Shown here: in pieces, positions 17,227-25,028 of the stretch
How positions within the stretch are numbered: the first letter of the stretch is position 1
How the letters are laid out: every line of letters starts with the position of its first letter
NCBI GenBank assembly: GCA_964390905.1
Contig: CAYMLO010000119.1
Span: 1-31,989 of the forward strand
DNA: 31,989 nucleotides
Source of the DNA: an uncultured Planctomycetales bacterium
Lineage (GTDB): Bacteria > Planctomycetota > Phycisphaerae > UBA1845 > JAFGLZ01
Direction: 5' to 3'
The notes under the pieces: generated by a model
Told to the model about the DNA's origin: nothing
Databases searched by the model: none
What the model saw: the letters and a program-made list of their open reading frames with translations, nothing else
Made by a program: the position numbers and the translations under genes

Positions 17227-18473
17227 TATTGCCCTACATCAAGGAGCTGGCCGCCGGGATTGAGGCGTCGCTTCGCTCGGATCCGAACCAGGACAGCGCT
17301 CGCAAGCGATTCACGCTCGAGATCGCCCGGCTCGGCATCCGGTTGTTTTCCGGCGAGGAGCGGGTGGCCTGGTGTGGGGTCTTTGCGCCCTTCGATCTTC
17401 TGACGGCCGTGGGGGTGACCTCGTGCTTTGCCGAGTTCGTGGGGGGCTGGTTGGCGACCATCGGGGCGGTTCAGCCCATGCTGGAAAAGGCTGAGCAGGC
17501 GGGGTACTCGACGGACTCGTGCAGCTACCATCGGGGCGTCATCGGTGCTGCTTTGGAGGGCATGATGCCCGAGCCGGACTTCCTGATTGCCACCTCGACG
17601 CCGTGCAGTGGCGGCATGGCGACCACCGAGAACCTTTCGCGGCATTTCAGCAAGGACCTGTTTACGATCCACATCCCGCGTGACGACGGCCCGGAGGGCG
17701 TGAAGTACTTGGCTGATCAGTATCGCGCCATGGTTGACTTCGTCACCGCGCAGATCGGCCAGCCTATGGATGCGGCGCGCCTGCGACAGGCCATGGAGAA
17801 GACCAACCGGGCGCGGGCCCTGCTGGACGAGGCGTACGCGTTGGCCCAGGCGGTGCCCACGCCAGCCCGCCGCCGCGATATGAGCAACCTTGGCATCGTG
17901 CTTCCGCTTCTGTTTGGCTCCGAGGCGGGAATCGAGGTCGCCCGAGCCTACCGCGACGAGTTCGCCCGAAAGGTCAAGGCCAAGATCGCCGGTGTGCCCG
18001 GCGAACGGATCCGGCTGATGTGGTTGCAGAATCGCATTCAGTTCAGCAACCCCCTGGAACAGTGGCTCGAAGAGGAGCATAAGGCGGTGCTGGTCTTCGA
18101 CGAACTCAACCAGATCTGCTGGGACCCGATCGATCTGGAGGATCCCTACATCGGTTTGGCTAGGCGGGCGCTGTCGATTCCCTTGGGCGGTCCGATCGAG
18201 CGCCGGATCAGGAACCTACAGCAACACGCGCGGGCCTACCGGGTGGACGGCGCGATCAACCCCTGCCATTGGGGGTGCCGTCAGGGCACCGGCGGCCGGG
18301 GCCTGGTCGAGCGGGGCCTAAAAGAGGTCGGCGTGCCTGTGTTGAACCTGGAGGTCGACTGCGTCGACCCCAGGCATTTCTCGGAAGGTCAGCTCAGGAC
18401 TCGCCTCGAGGCCTTCATCGAGATGATCGAAGGCAGGGGAGCGGGGGGCGCGAGACTGGAGGTGGCGAGCTGA
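17223..18473 (+). CDS. 2-hydroxyacyl-CoA dehydratase family D-component, large subunit (HgdA/BcrC-like).
   Basis: CSYHRGVIG, TPCSGGMATT and INPCHWGCRQG Cys motifs typical of HgdA-type subunits. ATGA start/stop overlap with the upstream subunit gene suggests translational coupling. 416 aa. Confidence 0.75.
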   Translation: MILPYIKELAAGIEASLRSDPNQDSARKRFTLEIARLGIRLFSGEERVAWCGVFAPFDLLTAVGVTSCFAEFVGGWLATIGAVQPMLEKAEQAGYSTDSCSYHRGVIGAALEGMMPEPDFLIATSTPCSGGMATTENLSRHFSKDLFTIHIPRDDGPEGVKYLADQYRAMVDFVTAQIGQPMDAARLRQAMEKTNRARALLDEAYALAQAVPTPARRRDMSNLGIVLPLLFGSEAGIEVARAYRDEFARKVKAKIAGVPGERIRLMWLQNRIQFSNPLEQWLEEEHKAVLVFDELNQICWDPIDLEDPYIGLARRALSIPLGGPIERRIRNLQQHARAYRVDGAINPCHWGCRQGTGGRGLVERGLKEVGVPVLNLEVDCVDPRHFSEGQLRTRLEAFIEMIEGRGAGGARLEVAS

Positions 18474-19307
18474 ATGGGGATCGGGTTTCGGGGCCCGGGG
18501 TCCGAGGCGAGTGGGTTCGACATGTATTATCTTGGCGTAGACATTGGCAGCTTGACGTGTGATGCGGTCCTGATCGACGAGGACGGGTGGGTGATGGCCT
18601 GGTCGGTGGTTCCGACGGGCGCGAGCAGTGTCCGGGCTATCGATCGTGTGCGGGCCGAAGTACTCGGCGCTGCTGGGATCAGGTCGGAGGATCTGGGCGC
18701 CGTGATCTCGACCGGCTACGGCCGGGATCGCGTTGACGGACGATTGGCGGCGGTGACCGAGATCACCTGCCACGCCCGGGGGATTCAGAGGTTACTGCCC
18801 GGCACCGAGATGTTGGTGGACATCGGTGGCCAAGACAGCAAGGCCGTCCGCCTCGACGGGGAGGGGCGGGTGGTGGAGTTCGCGATGAACGACAAGTGCG
18901 CGGCCGGGACGGGGCGATTCCTGGAGGCGATGGCCCGCGCGCTGGAGGTGGAGGTGGATCAGCTAGGCGGCCTGGACGACGGAGCGCGGGGCAACCTGAC
19001 ACTGAGCAGCATGTGCACGGTATTCGCAGAGAGCGAGGTGGTCTCGCTGATCGCCGAGGGGACCGACGTGTCCGAGATCGCGCGGGGCCTACACCGAGCG
19101 ATTGCTTCGCGGACCCAGGCGTTGGTCAAGCGGGTCGATCCTGCGGTTTCGGGTCTCCGTGTGGCGATGTCCGGCGGCGTAGCGCGAAACCCCGGCGTGG
19201 TCCGGGCGCTCGGCGCCGCCTTGGACTGCGACATCACCGTGCCCCCCGAGCCCGACATCGTCGGCGCCCTGGGCGCCGCCCTCATCGCCCGAGAGCGCGC
19301 CGGCTAG
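18474..19307 (+). CDS. CoA-substrate-specific enzyme activase (BadF/BadG/BcrA/BcrD/HgdC ATPase family); electron-transfer activator for the dehydratase.
   Basis: MYYLGVDIGSLTCDAVLID (ASKHA phosphate-1). ISTGYGRD. DIGGQDSKAV. MNDKCAAGTGRFLE. SGGVARNPGVVRALGAAL. The two Cys probably bridge the [4Fe-4S] cluster. The start may instead be the internal ATG at 18519. Confidence 0.85.
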   Translation: MGIGFRGPGSEASGFDMYYLGVDIGSLTCDAVLIDEDGWVMAWSVVPTGASSVRAIDRVRAEVLGAAGIRSEDLGAVISTGYGRDRVDGRLAAVTEITCHARGIQRLLPGTEMLVDIGGQDSKAVRLDGEGRVVEFAMNDKCAAGTGRFLEAMARALEVEVDQLGGLDDGARGNLTLSSMCTVFAESEVVSLIAEGTDVSEIARGLHRAIASRTQALVKRVDPAVSGLRVAMSGGVARNPGVVRALGAALDCDITVPPEPDIVGALGAALIARERAG

Positions 19308-19381
19308 TCCGCGTGCACGAGACCCGGAACCCGTTTACCACGCATGCGACCAATCACTGACTACAGCAAGCCGCCTTGTTA

Positions 19382-20527
19382 TCAGTCCGGGATTCTCCGC
19401 GCGCCCGCGACCGCATCCAGCTCGATCTCGAAGAGCAGGTCGTCGCGACAGATGTCGTCGTTGACGAGCACCGCGGGCAAGGCCTGGATCCCATGCTCTG
19501 CACAGTAGCCCCCCAGCGCTGGGATGTCCTCACTGTGCTTGAAGTAGGCGATGGCGCGCGAGACGTCGGCCCACCCCATGTCCCGCGACGCCAGGATGGC
19601 CTCGACCACCTCCATGGTCAGCGCCAGCTGGCCGGTCGCGTCGCCACCGTGAACGGTGTGTCCCTCGGGGGCGATACTGGCCGTACCGGAGACGAACAGG
19701 CGTCGATGATCGGGCGTGGCGAACTCAACCGCCCGACTGAACGAGCTACCGTACTCCAACGCCGGGCACTGGAGGGGAGACGGCACAGCGATGGCCTGCG
19801 CCTCCTGTCCTTTGGCCCTGACGGCCAGCAGCCCGCACGTCAGTGCGGCGCCGGCCGGATTCCGTCCGCCCACCCCCGTGCTGGCCGGTACCAAACCGTC
19901 GAAGACCCCCCGCTCTCGGAAGAAGGTATCTCGCGCCGTGTTGAACTGGCCATACCACGACAGGATGTCGTCATTGCAGAACCAGGTACGCAGCACATGT
20001 CCGAAGTTCATGCCCGTCGTCCGCAGGCCCGCCTCCATCTGTACGAAGACATCGCGGGCCTGCGCGTCCCGAGGCTGGGAGGCGTCCGCCGACACCAACC
20101 CGCCAAGACGGCAGTACTGTGCATGGTCATCCTCGAACAGACACCCCAGAACCCTGTCGCCCATCCGAAGCGGTTCGACCTGCGCGCCCGTGACCGCCCA
20201 GAGCTGCGTGCCGCCGACGTTGTCCAGGTCGCCGTTCTCGACCCAGGTCACGGGCCAGGCGACCTCGCCCAGCGTGGCGGTCAGCTTGCCCGTGCCAGAG
20301 CCGTTCCGCTCGCGCAGGCCGAAGACCTCCTGCGAGACGACGCCGGCGCGCCGGTCACGCACGGCGCCGGCGGCCCTCTCGAACATCGCCTCGGGGGGCT
20401 CGTCGCCGATGCGAACTGCGGTGACGAAGTGCTCCTCGCACGACGATCTTCGAAGCGTGACGATCTGGAGGTCCGCAGACACGCTCCGGTGCACTTCAGC
20501 CGTTGACGCGGCCTCATCACGTCTCAT
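19382..20527 (-). CDS. Tandem YjgF/RidA-like (endoribonuclease L-PSP fold) domain protein.
   Basis: The C-terminal half (LFVSGTAS....GDATGQLALTMEVVEAILAS....DVSRAIAYF....DDLLFEIELDAVA) has the RidA signature including the terminal FEIE motif. The N-terminal half shows a weaker second copy. The track start at 20548 is GTG. ATG at 20527 is preceded by GGAGAGGAAG, so it was chosen. Confidence 0.65.
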   Translation of the reverse strand: MRRDEAASTAEVHRSVSADLQIVTLRRSSCEEHFVTAVRIGDEPPEAMFERAAGAVRDRRAGVVSQEVFGLRERNGSGTGKLTATLGEVAWPVTWVENGDLDNVGGTQLWAVTGAQVEPLRMGDRVLGCLFEDDHAQYCRLGGLVSADASQPRDAQARDVFVQMEAGLRTTGMNFGHVLRTWFCNDDILSWYGQFNTARDTFFRERGVFDGLVPASTGVGGRNPAGAALTCGLLAVRAKGQEAQAIAVPSPLQCPALEYGSSFSRAVEFATPDHRRLFVSGTASIAPEGHTVHGGDATGQLALTMEVVEAILASRDMGWADVSRAIAYFKHSEDIPALGGYCAEHGIQALPAVLVNDDICRDDLLFEIELDAVAGARRIPD

Positions 20528-21086
20528 TCTGCTTCCTCTCCGACACACGCGCGCTCGCCCTGGTCCACCGGCAGAGAACAGCTTCGGTCGGATCGCGTGC
20601 GTGCGCCATCCTCGCGAGACGACGTTACTCCCTCGAAGTCAGGGGGGGCAGCGGGCTCATCATGGCGGCGAAGCTTGTCCTGCATCCGGAGAGTATACCA
20701 CCACCCAGGTCCTCTCCCCAACCTTGGTGCTCGTCCGCTCGTCCCGAGCGCGACAAGAACCCACACATTCGGGCGAACCGCCCGCTCTGGTCGCATTCTA
20801 CAGACTGCGGCGGATCAATTCCAATACGCCAGACGGTTTATACTGGCCGGGCGCCGCCTGCGGAGGTATAGATATTCATAGTCTGACATGTGCCCAAGAA
20901 CAGATCATCGCCTATCCGACCAGAACGCGGGTGTCCGAGCCCGTCCTTCGCACGAGGCGGAGGGCGGGCACCCAGAGATGGATGCTTGACAGGCGAGCGG
21001 GGCTTGGTTGACATGGTTCGGCAAGTACTTTCCGCCGGCGGGTCCGGCTGCGAAGCGGGCTGACGCTGGCGCGAGGGCAGACGCCG

Positions 21087-21869
21087 ATGTTTACAGTATA
21101 TGCCGTCTGTGCCGCGGTTGGTGGGACGATCCTGGTGTGTCAGTTCGTCCTGACGGTTCTGGGCCTGATCGGGGATGGACACGACGTCGCCGACGGCGGC
21201 CATGACGTAGGCGACGTAGGGCATGACGTCGGTGACGTCGGCCACGACGTGGCCGTGGCCGATCACGATCTGGTCGACGTTGCTCATGACGTGGGCGACG
21301 CCGGTGTTCACGTGGCCGAGGTCGGGACCGACGCGGCTCACGGGGGAGCCGCAGACGCGCACGTCGACGCCCATCACCACGGGGCCGATTGGCACGCCCA
21401 TCACCCCGGTGCGCAGGCCCAGACGCACGGCCCGTCGGCGTTCTTCAAGATCTTGACCTTCCGAACCGTCGTCGCTGGGATCGCGTTTTTCGGTCTGGCG
21501 GGCCTGGCGGGATCGGCCAGTTCGCTGGCGGGATACGTGACGCTTCTGGTCGCGGTGGGCGCCGGGTTGGGGGCCGTTTACCTAGTTCATGAGATGATGC
21601 GGGCACTGGCCAAGCTGAGGTCCGAGGGAACCGTCTACATCGGCCGGGCCGTCGGTGCGACCGCGACCGTCTATCTCACCGTCCCCGGCAACAAGGCCGG
21701 CATGGGCAAGGTCACGGTTGTCCTACAGGACCGCACGATGGAATATCAGGCGATGACGGAATACGAGGAGCTGGCCACCGGGACCGAGGTGGTCGTCACT
21801 GGTTTGCTCGGCCCGGGTACCGTAGAGGTCGAGTTGGCACCAGATGCCGGGAGTACTGAATATGTGTGA
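21087..21869 (+). CDS. NfeD-like membrane protein (flotillin/stomatin-operon partner, C-terminal OB-fold) carrying an inserted His/Asp-rich repeat region.
   Basis: N-terminal TM (VYAVCAAVGGTILVCQFVLTVLGLIG). Second hydrophobic block (FFGLAGLAGSASSLAGYVTLLVAVGAGLGAVYLV). C-terminal NfeD OB-fold (GTVYIGRAVGATATVYLTVPGNKAGMGKVTVVLQDRTMEYQAMTEYEELATGTEVVVTG). It lies immediately upstream of, and overlaps, the flotillin gene. Confidence 0.7.
   Translation: MFTVYAVCAAVGGTILVCQFVLTVLGLIGDGHDVADGGHDVGDVGHDVGDVGHDVAVADHDLVDVAHDVGDAGVHVAEVGTDAAHGGAADAHVDAHHHGADWHAHHPGAQAQTHGPSAFFKILTFRTVVAGIAFFGLAGLAGSASSLAGYVTLLVAVGAGLGAVYLVHEMMRALAKLRSEGTVYIGRAVGATATVYLTVPGNKAGMGKVTVVLQDRTMEYQAMTEYEELATGTEVVVTGLLGPGTVEVELAPDAGSTEYV
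21175..21410 (+). repeat. In-frame tandem repeat within the NfeD gene, roughly a 21-nt unit (catgacgt[c/a]gg[c/t]gacgt[c/a]gg), encoding (G)HDVGDV heptads and a His-rich tail.
   Basis: Seen in sequence: ggccatgacgtaggcgacgtagggcatgacgtcggtgacgtcggccacgacgtg... translating to HDVADGGHDVGDVGHDVGDVGHDVAVADHDLVDVAHDVGDAGVHVAEV....HVDAHHHGADWHAHHPG. Confidence 0.6.
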
Positions 21870-23604
21870 GTTGTTGGCCCAGCTAGAGGATCTTGGCGTC
21901 GAGAGCAACGCGTTGTGGATCGGCGTGATCGTCGTCTTCGTCGCGATTGTGTTCTTCACGTTCGTGTCGTTGCTGACCCGGCGGTACAAGCGGTGCCCCA
22001 GTAACAACGTCCTGGTCATCTACGGGAAGGTCTCGCGGGGCGTGAGCGCCAACTGCGTCCACGGTGGGGCCGCGTTCATCTGGCCGCTCGTCCAGGACTA
22101 CGCGTACCTCAGCCTCGAGCCGATGCAGATCGAGATCCCGCTGAAGGGCGCGCTGTCCAGCGAGAACATCCGCGTCAACGTGCCCAGCGTCTTCACCGTG
22201 GCGATCGGGACGCAGCCCGAGGTGATGCAGAACGCCGCCATCCGGCTGCTGGGCCTCAACGCAGCCGAAATCAGCCAGCAGGCCCAGGACATTATCTTCG
22301 GTCAGCTCCGGCAGGTGATCGCCTCGATGCAGATCGAGGACATCAACCGCGATCGCGAGAAGTTCCTGCAGAACATCCAGACATCGCTCGAGCCGGAGCT
22401 CCAGAAGATCGGGCTGGTGCTGATCAACGTCAACATCACCGACATCACCGACGAGTCGGGCTATATCGAGGCCATCGGTCGCAAAGCCGCTTCGCAGGCG
22501 ATCCAGCAGGCCCGCGGCGACGTGGCCGACCAGGAGAAGATGGGCGAGATCCGCGTCGCCGAGGCCGAGCGCGAAAAGGCCGTCCAGGTCGCCAACGCCC
22601 AGAAGCTCCGTCAGATCGGCACCCGCGAGGCCGAGCGCGACCAGGCAGTGCGGCTTGCCGAGCTGGAAAAGGAGCAGAAGGTCGGCGAGCAGACCGCCGC
22701 CTACGAGCGCGACGCCCAGGTCAAGGAGGCCGAACGCGAGCAGGCCGTCCGCATCGCCAACCTGGACAAGGAGCAGAGGATCGGCGAGGAGACGGCCGCC
22801 CTGCAGCGCGAGGCCCAGGTCAAGGATGCCGATCGGTCCAAGCGGATCGCCGTGGCCGAGGCGAACGCCCTGGCGGTCACGGGCGAGAACGAGTCGCAGG
22901 CGAAAATCGCGGCCTCCAAGGCTGATCTGCAGGTCAAGCAGGCCGAGGCCTACGAGTTGGGTGAGACCCGAAAGCGTGAGGCCGAGGCCGCCGTCCTCGA
23001 GGCCCAGAACCGCGCGATGGCCAAGGCCGCCCTCGCCGACGCTGAACGCGTCGAGGCCGAGAAACGCGCCGACCTCGAGGCCACCGCCAAGGCCGAGAAG
23101 GCCCGAATTGTCGTTCAGGCCCAGGCCGAAGCGGAGAAACGACGCGTCGAGGCCGAGGGCGAGGCCGCCGCCATCTTCGCCAAGCTCGAGGCGGAGGCCA
23201 AGGGCGAGTACGAGATCCTCGCCAAGAAGGGCCAGGGCCTCCAGCAGATCATCGACGCCTGCGGCGGGTCGCGCGAGGCCTTCCAGATGCTCATGCTGGA
23301 GCACCTCGACGCCCTGGCCAGCACGGCCGCCCAGGCCATCTCCAACATCAAGTTCGATAAGGTGATCGTCTGGGAGAACGGCAGCCCCAACGGGAGGAGC
23401 AACACGGCCAACTTCCTGAGCAACCTGTCCCACGCCCTGCCGCCCATGCTCCAGGTCATGAAGGACATCGGCGGCGTGGAGCTGCCGGAATCCCTGATCA
23501 AGCTGAGAGGCGACGCCGAGCCCGACGTTGCCGCCGACAGCTCAGCGCCTGCGACGCCTGCCGAGGCCGAGGGATCGGCCCAGGACGGAGACGGGAAGGC
23601 GTGA
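21862..23604 (+). CDS. Flotillin (SPFH/band-7 domain, FloT/YuaG-like) with an extended Glu/Ala-rich coiled-coil repeat region.
   Basis: N-terminal hydrophobic hairpin (LWIGVIVVFVAIVFFTFV). SPFH core (NVLVIYGK....IRVNVPSVFTVAIG....LRQVIASMQIEDINRDREKF). Then repeated EAEREKAVQVANAQKL / EAERDQAVRLAELEKEQ / EAEREQAVRIANLDKEQ flotillin-type coiled coil. The track ATG at 21844 is possible. ATG at 21862 has GGGAG 8 nt upstream and was chosen. Confidence 0.85.
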   Translation: MCELLAQLEDLGVESNALWIGVIVVFVAIVFFTFVSLLTRRYKRCPSNNVLVIYGKVSRGVSANCVHGGAAFIWPLVQDYAYLSLEPMQIEIPLKGALSSENIRVNVPSVFTVAIGTQPEVMQNAAIRLLGLNAAEISQQAQDIIFGQLRQVIASMQIEDINRDREKFLQNIQTSLEPELQKIGLVLINVNITDITDESGYIEAIGRKAASQAIQQARGDVADQEKMGEIRVAEAEREKAVQVANAQKLRQIGTREAERDQAVRLAELEKEQKVGEQTAAYERDAQVKEAEREQAVRIANLDKEQRIGEETAALQREAQVKDADRSKRIAVAEANALAVTGENESQAKIAASKADLQVKQAEAYELGETRKREAEAAVLEAQNRAMAKAALADAERVEAEKRADLEATAKAEKARIVVQAQAEAEKRRVEAEGEAAAIFAKLEAEAKGEYEILAKKGQGLQQIIDACGGSREAFQMLMLEHLDALASTAAQAISNIKFDKVIVWENGSPNGRSNTANFLSNLSHALPPMLQVMKDIGGVELPESLIKLRGDAEPDVAADSSAPATPAEAEGSAQDGDGKA

Positions 23605-23655
23605 CCCCATCGTGACCCCGCGCGAGCTGGCATCCTGTGCGAGTGGCGTAACGAT

Positions 23656-23754
23656 GGAGTGCGGCGGCTTGACGCCGCTTTCTCATCGCTAACCGCTGCG
23701 CACGCGCCAGCTCGCTCCGCGAGCCGACAAAGCGGCGTCAAGCCGCCGCACTCC
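23656..23754. repeat. 26-bp perfect inverted repeat (GGAGTGCGGCGGCTTGACGCCGCTTT ... AAAGCGGCGTCAAGCCGCCGCACTCC) with a 47-nt spacer. Each arm carries a nested GCGGCG/CGCCGC palindrome.
   Basis: Seen in sequence: arms at 23656-23681 and 23729-23754 are exact reverse complements. It lies 52 nt after the flotillin stop and 8 nt before the methyltransferase start. No T-tract. Confidence 0.7.
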
Positions 23755-23761
23755 AAAGTCA

Positions 23762-24955
23762 ATGGACGCCGCGATCCACAAGGCATACTGCAAGAAGTCC
23801 GAGAGCGTCCGATGGGCCAAGCGGAGGATCGCGCTGGACATCCCCGTCGACGTCTTCAGCTCACATCAGCTTGACCTTGGTACCAGCTTCCTGCTTCGAA
23901 GGATGGCATCGGCGGGGGCGAGATGGCCAACCTCGCTCGACCTCGGCTGCGGCTATGGCCCCATCGCGCTGTTCCTTGCTTCCACGGGCCTCAGCGAGCA
24001 CGTGTACGGCATCGACCGCGACGCCCTGGCCGTCGCCTTCGCCGAATGGAACGCCCGACGCAACAGCGTGGACGGGGTCACCTTCGAGCCGGGCCTGGCC
24101 TATGACGCCGTCGGCGAGCGCAGATTCGATCTGGTCGTCGCCAATATCCCTGCCAAGGCCGGCGACAGCATGCATCGGTTGTTCCTCTTGGGCGCACAAG
24201 AACACCTCACGCCTACGGGCGAGGTCTGGATCGTCGTCGTCCAACCCCTCGAAGACGCCGTCGACGAGATCCTGGCGCACGAGAACGTCGAGCTGCGTGA
24301 CAAGGCTGCCCGCCCGGGACACGTCGTGTACCGCTATGCCTTCAAGGGCCCAGTCCCCATGCCTGCGGATCCGTACGACCGTGGGCTCAGGTCGTTTCGC
24401 TGGAAGTCGATCCGCTATCAACTGCAGGCCTGGCACGGCCTGCCGGAGTTCGACACGCTCGCCATCGACACGGAGCTCGGCTTCTCGCTGCTGGCCCAGT
24501 ACACGAAGCGCGAGCAGGTCAGGTCTGTCGCGGTCTGGAACCCCGGCCACGGACATCTACCCGTGTTCTTGAGCAGGGTGGTCGCGCGCCCCTTCGATCT
24601 GCGCATCTTCGGGCGTGATTGCCTTGCCATCGAGGCGACGCGACGCAATTTGGCATTCAGTGGTTTCGCGGGCCGGGTCGAGACGTGCGTTTCGATCGAC
24701 TCGGCCGTTGGCGATGACGCCTGTAGGCCGGATCTGGTTGTGGGCCGGCTGAATGCTGCGCTGGGGGACCGACTGTCCAGCGAGATCGTCGCTCGGTGGT
24801 TCGCCGACCATCCCGACTGCACGGTCATCGTGTGCGGGCGTGCCGCCTTTGCCGCGCGCGTCGAGCAGCGACTCGCGCCACATGGCGTTGAGGTCGTCCA
24901 GAGGCTCAAGCGCAAGGGCTTCAGCGCCGCGCGACTGCGACGCAAGCGAGCGTGA
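23762..24955 (+). CDS. Class I SAM-dependent methyltransferase of the RsmC/RlmG 'methyltransferase small domain' type, followed by a second, degenerate MTase-like domain.
   Basis: VFSSHQLDLGTSFLLRRM. LDLGCGYGPIALFLA (motif I). DLVVANIPAK (motif IV, NPPY-like). The second half (VAVWNPGHGHLPVFLS....LVVGRLNAALGD) resembles an inactive duplicate. 397 aa. Confidence 0.7.
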   Translation: MDAAIHKAYCKKSESVRWAKRRIALDIPVDVFSSHQLDLGTSFLLRRMASAGARWPTSLDLGCGYGPIALFLASTGLSEHVYGIDRDALAVAFAEWNARRNSVDGVTFEPGLAYDAVGERRFDLVVANIPAKAGDSMHRLFLLGAQEHLTPTGEVWIVVVQPLEDAVDEILAHENVELRDKAARPGHVVYRYAFKGPVPMPADPYDRGLRSFRWKSIRYQLQAWHGLPEFDTLAIDTELGFSLLAQYTKREQVRSVAVWNPGHGHLPVFLSRVVARPFDLRIFGRDCLAIEATRRNLAFSGFAGRVETCVSIDSAVGDDACRPDLVVGRLNAALGDRLSSEIVARWFADHPDCTVIVCGRAAFAARVEQRLAPHGVEVVQRLKRKGFSAARLRRKRA

Positions 24956-24970
24956 GGGCTCCGCACGGAG

Positions 24971-25021
24971 GTCCGACCCTATCAGAGGCCCGACCTTATC
25001 AGAGGCCCGACCGTGAGGAAG
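24971..25021. repeat. Three imperfect tandem copies of a 17-nt unit (G[T/C]CCGACC[C/T/G]T[A/G]...AG) in the convergent intergenic region.
   Basis: Seen in sequence: gtccgaccctatcagag / gcccgaccttatcagag / gcccgaccgtgaggaag. Confidence 0.5.
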
Positions 25022-25028
25022 GGCTCCG

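Noticed and set aside
19716-21011. 431-aa plus-strand ORF antisense to the RidA-like gene and extending into the intergenic region.
   Set aside because: It is Ser/Arg/Pro-rich with no motifs. It overlaps a gene with a clear RidA signature and RBS-supported start.
21175-21410. CRISPR-like short direct repeats (catgacgtNggNgacgt).
   Set aside because: The repeats are in-frame coding sequence of the NfeD gene, with 7-codon units and no unique spacers, so they are not a CRISPR array.
21883-23433. 516-aa minus-strand ORF and 236-aa plus-strand alternative-frame ORF (22655-23365) within the flotillin gene.
   Set aside because: They are low-complexity (Leu/Gly/Asp-rich or Arg/Pro/Ser-rich) products of the GAG/GCC-rich coiled-coil coding repeats. 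The flotillin frame has SPFH-domain motifs.
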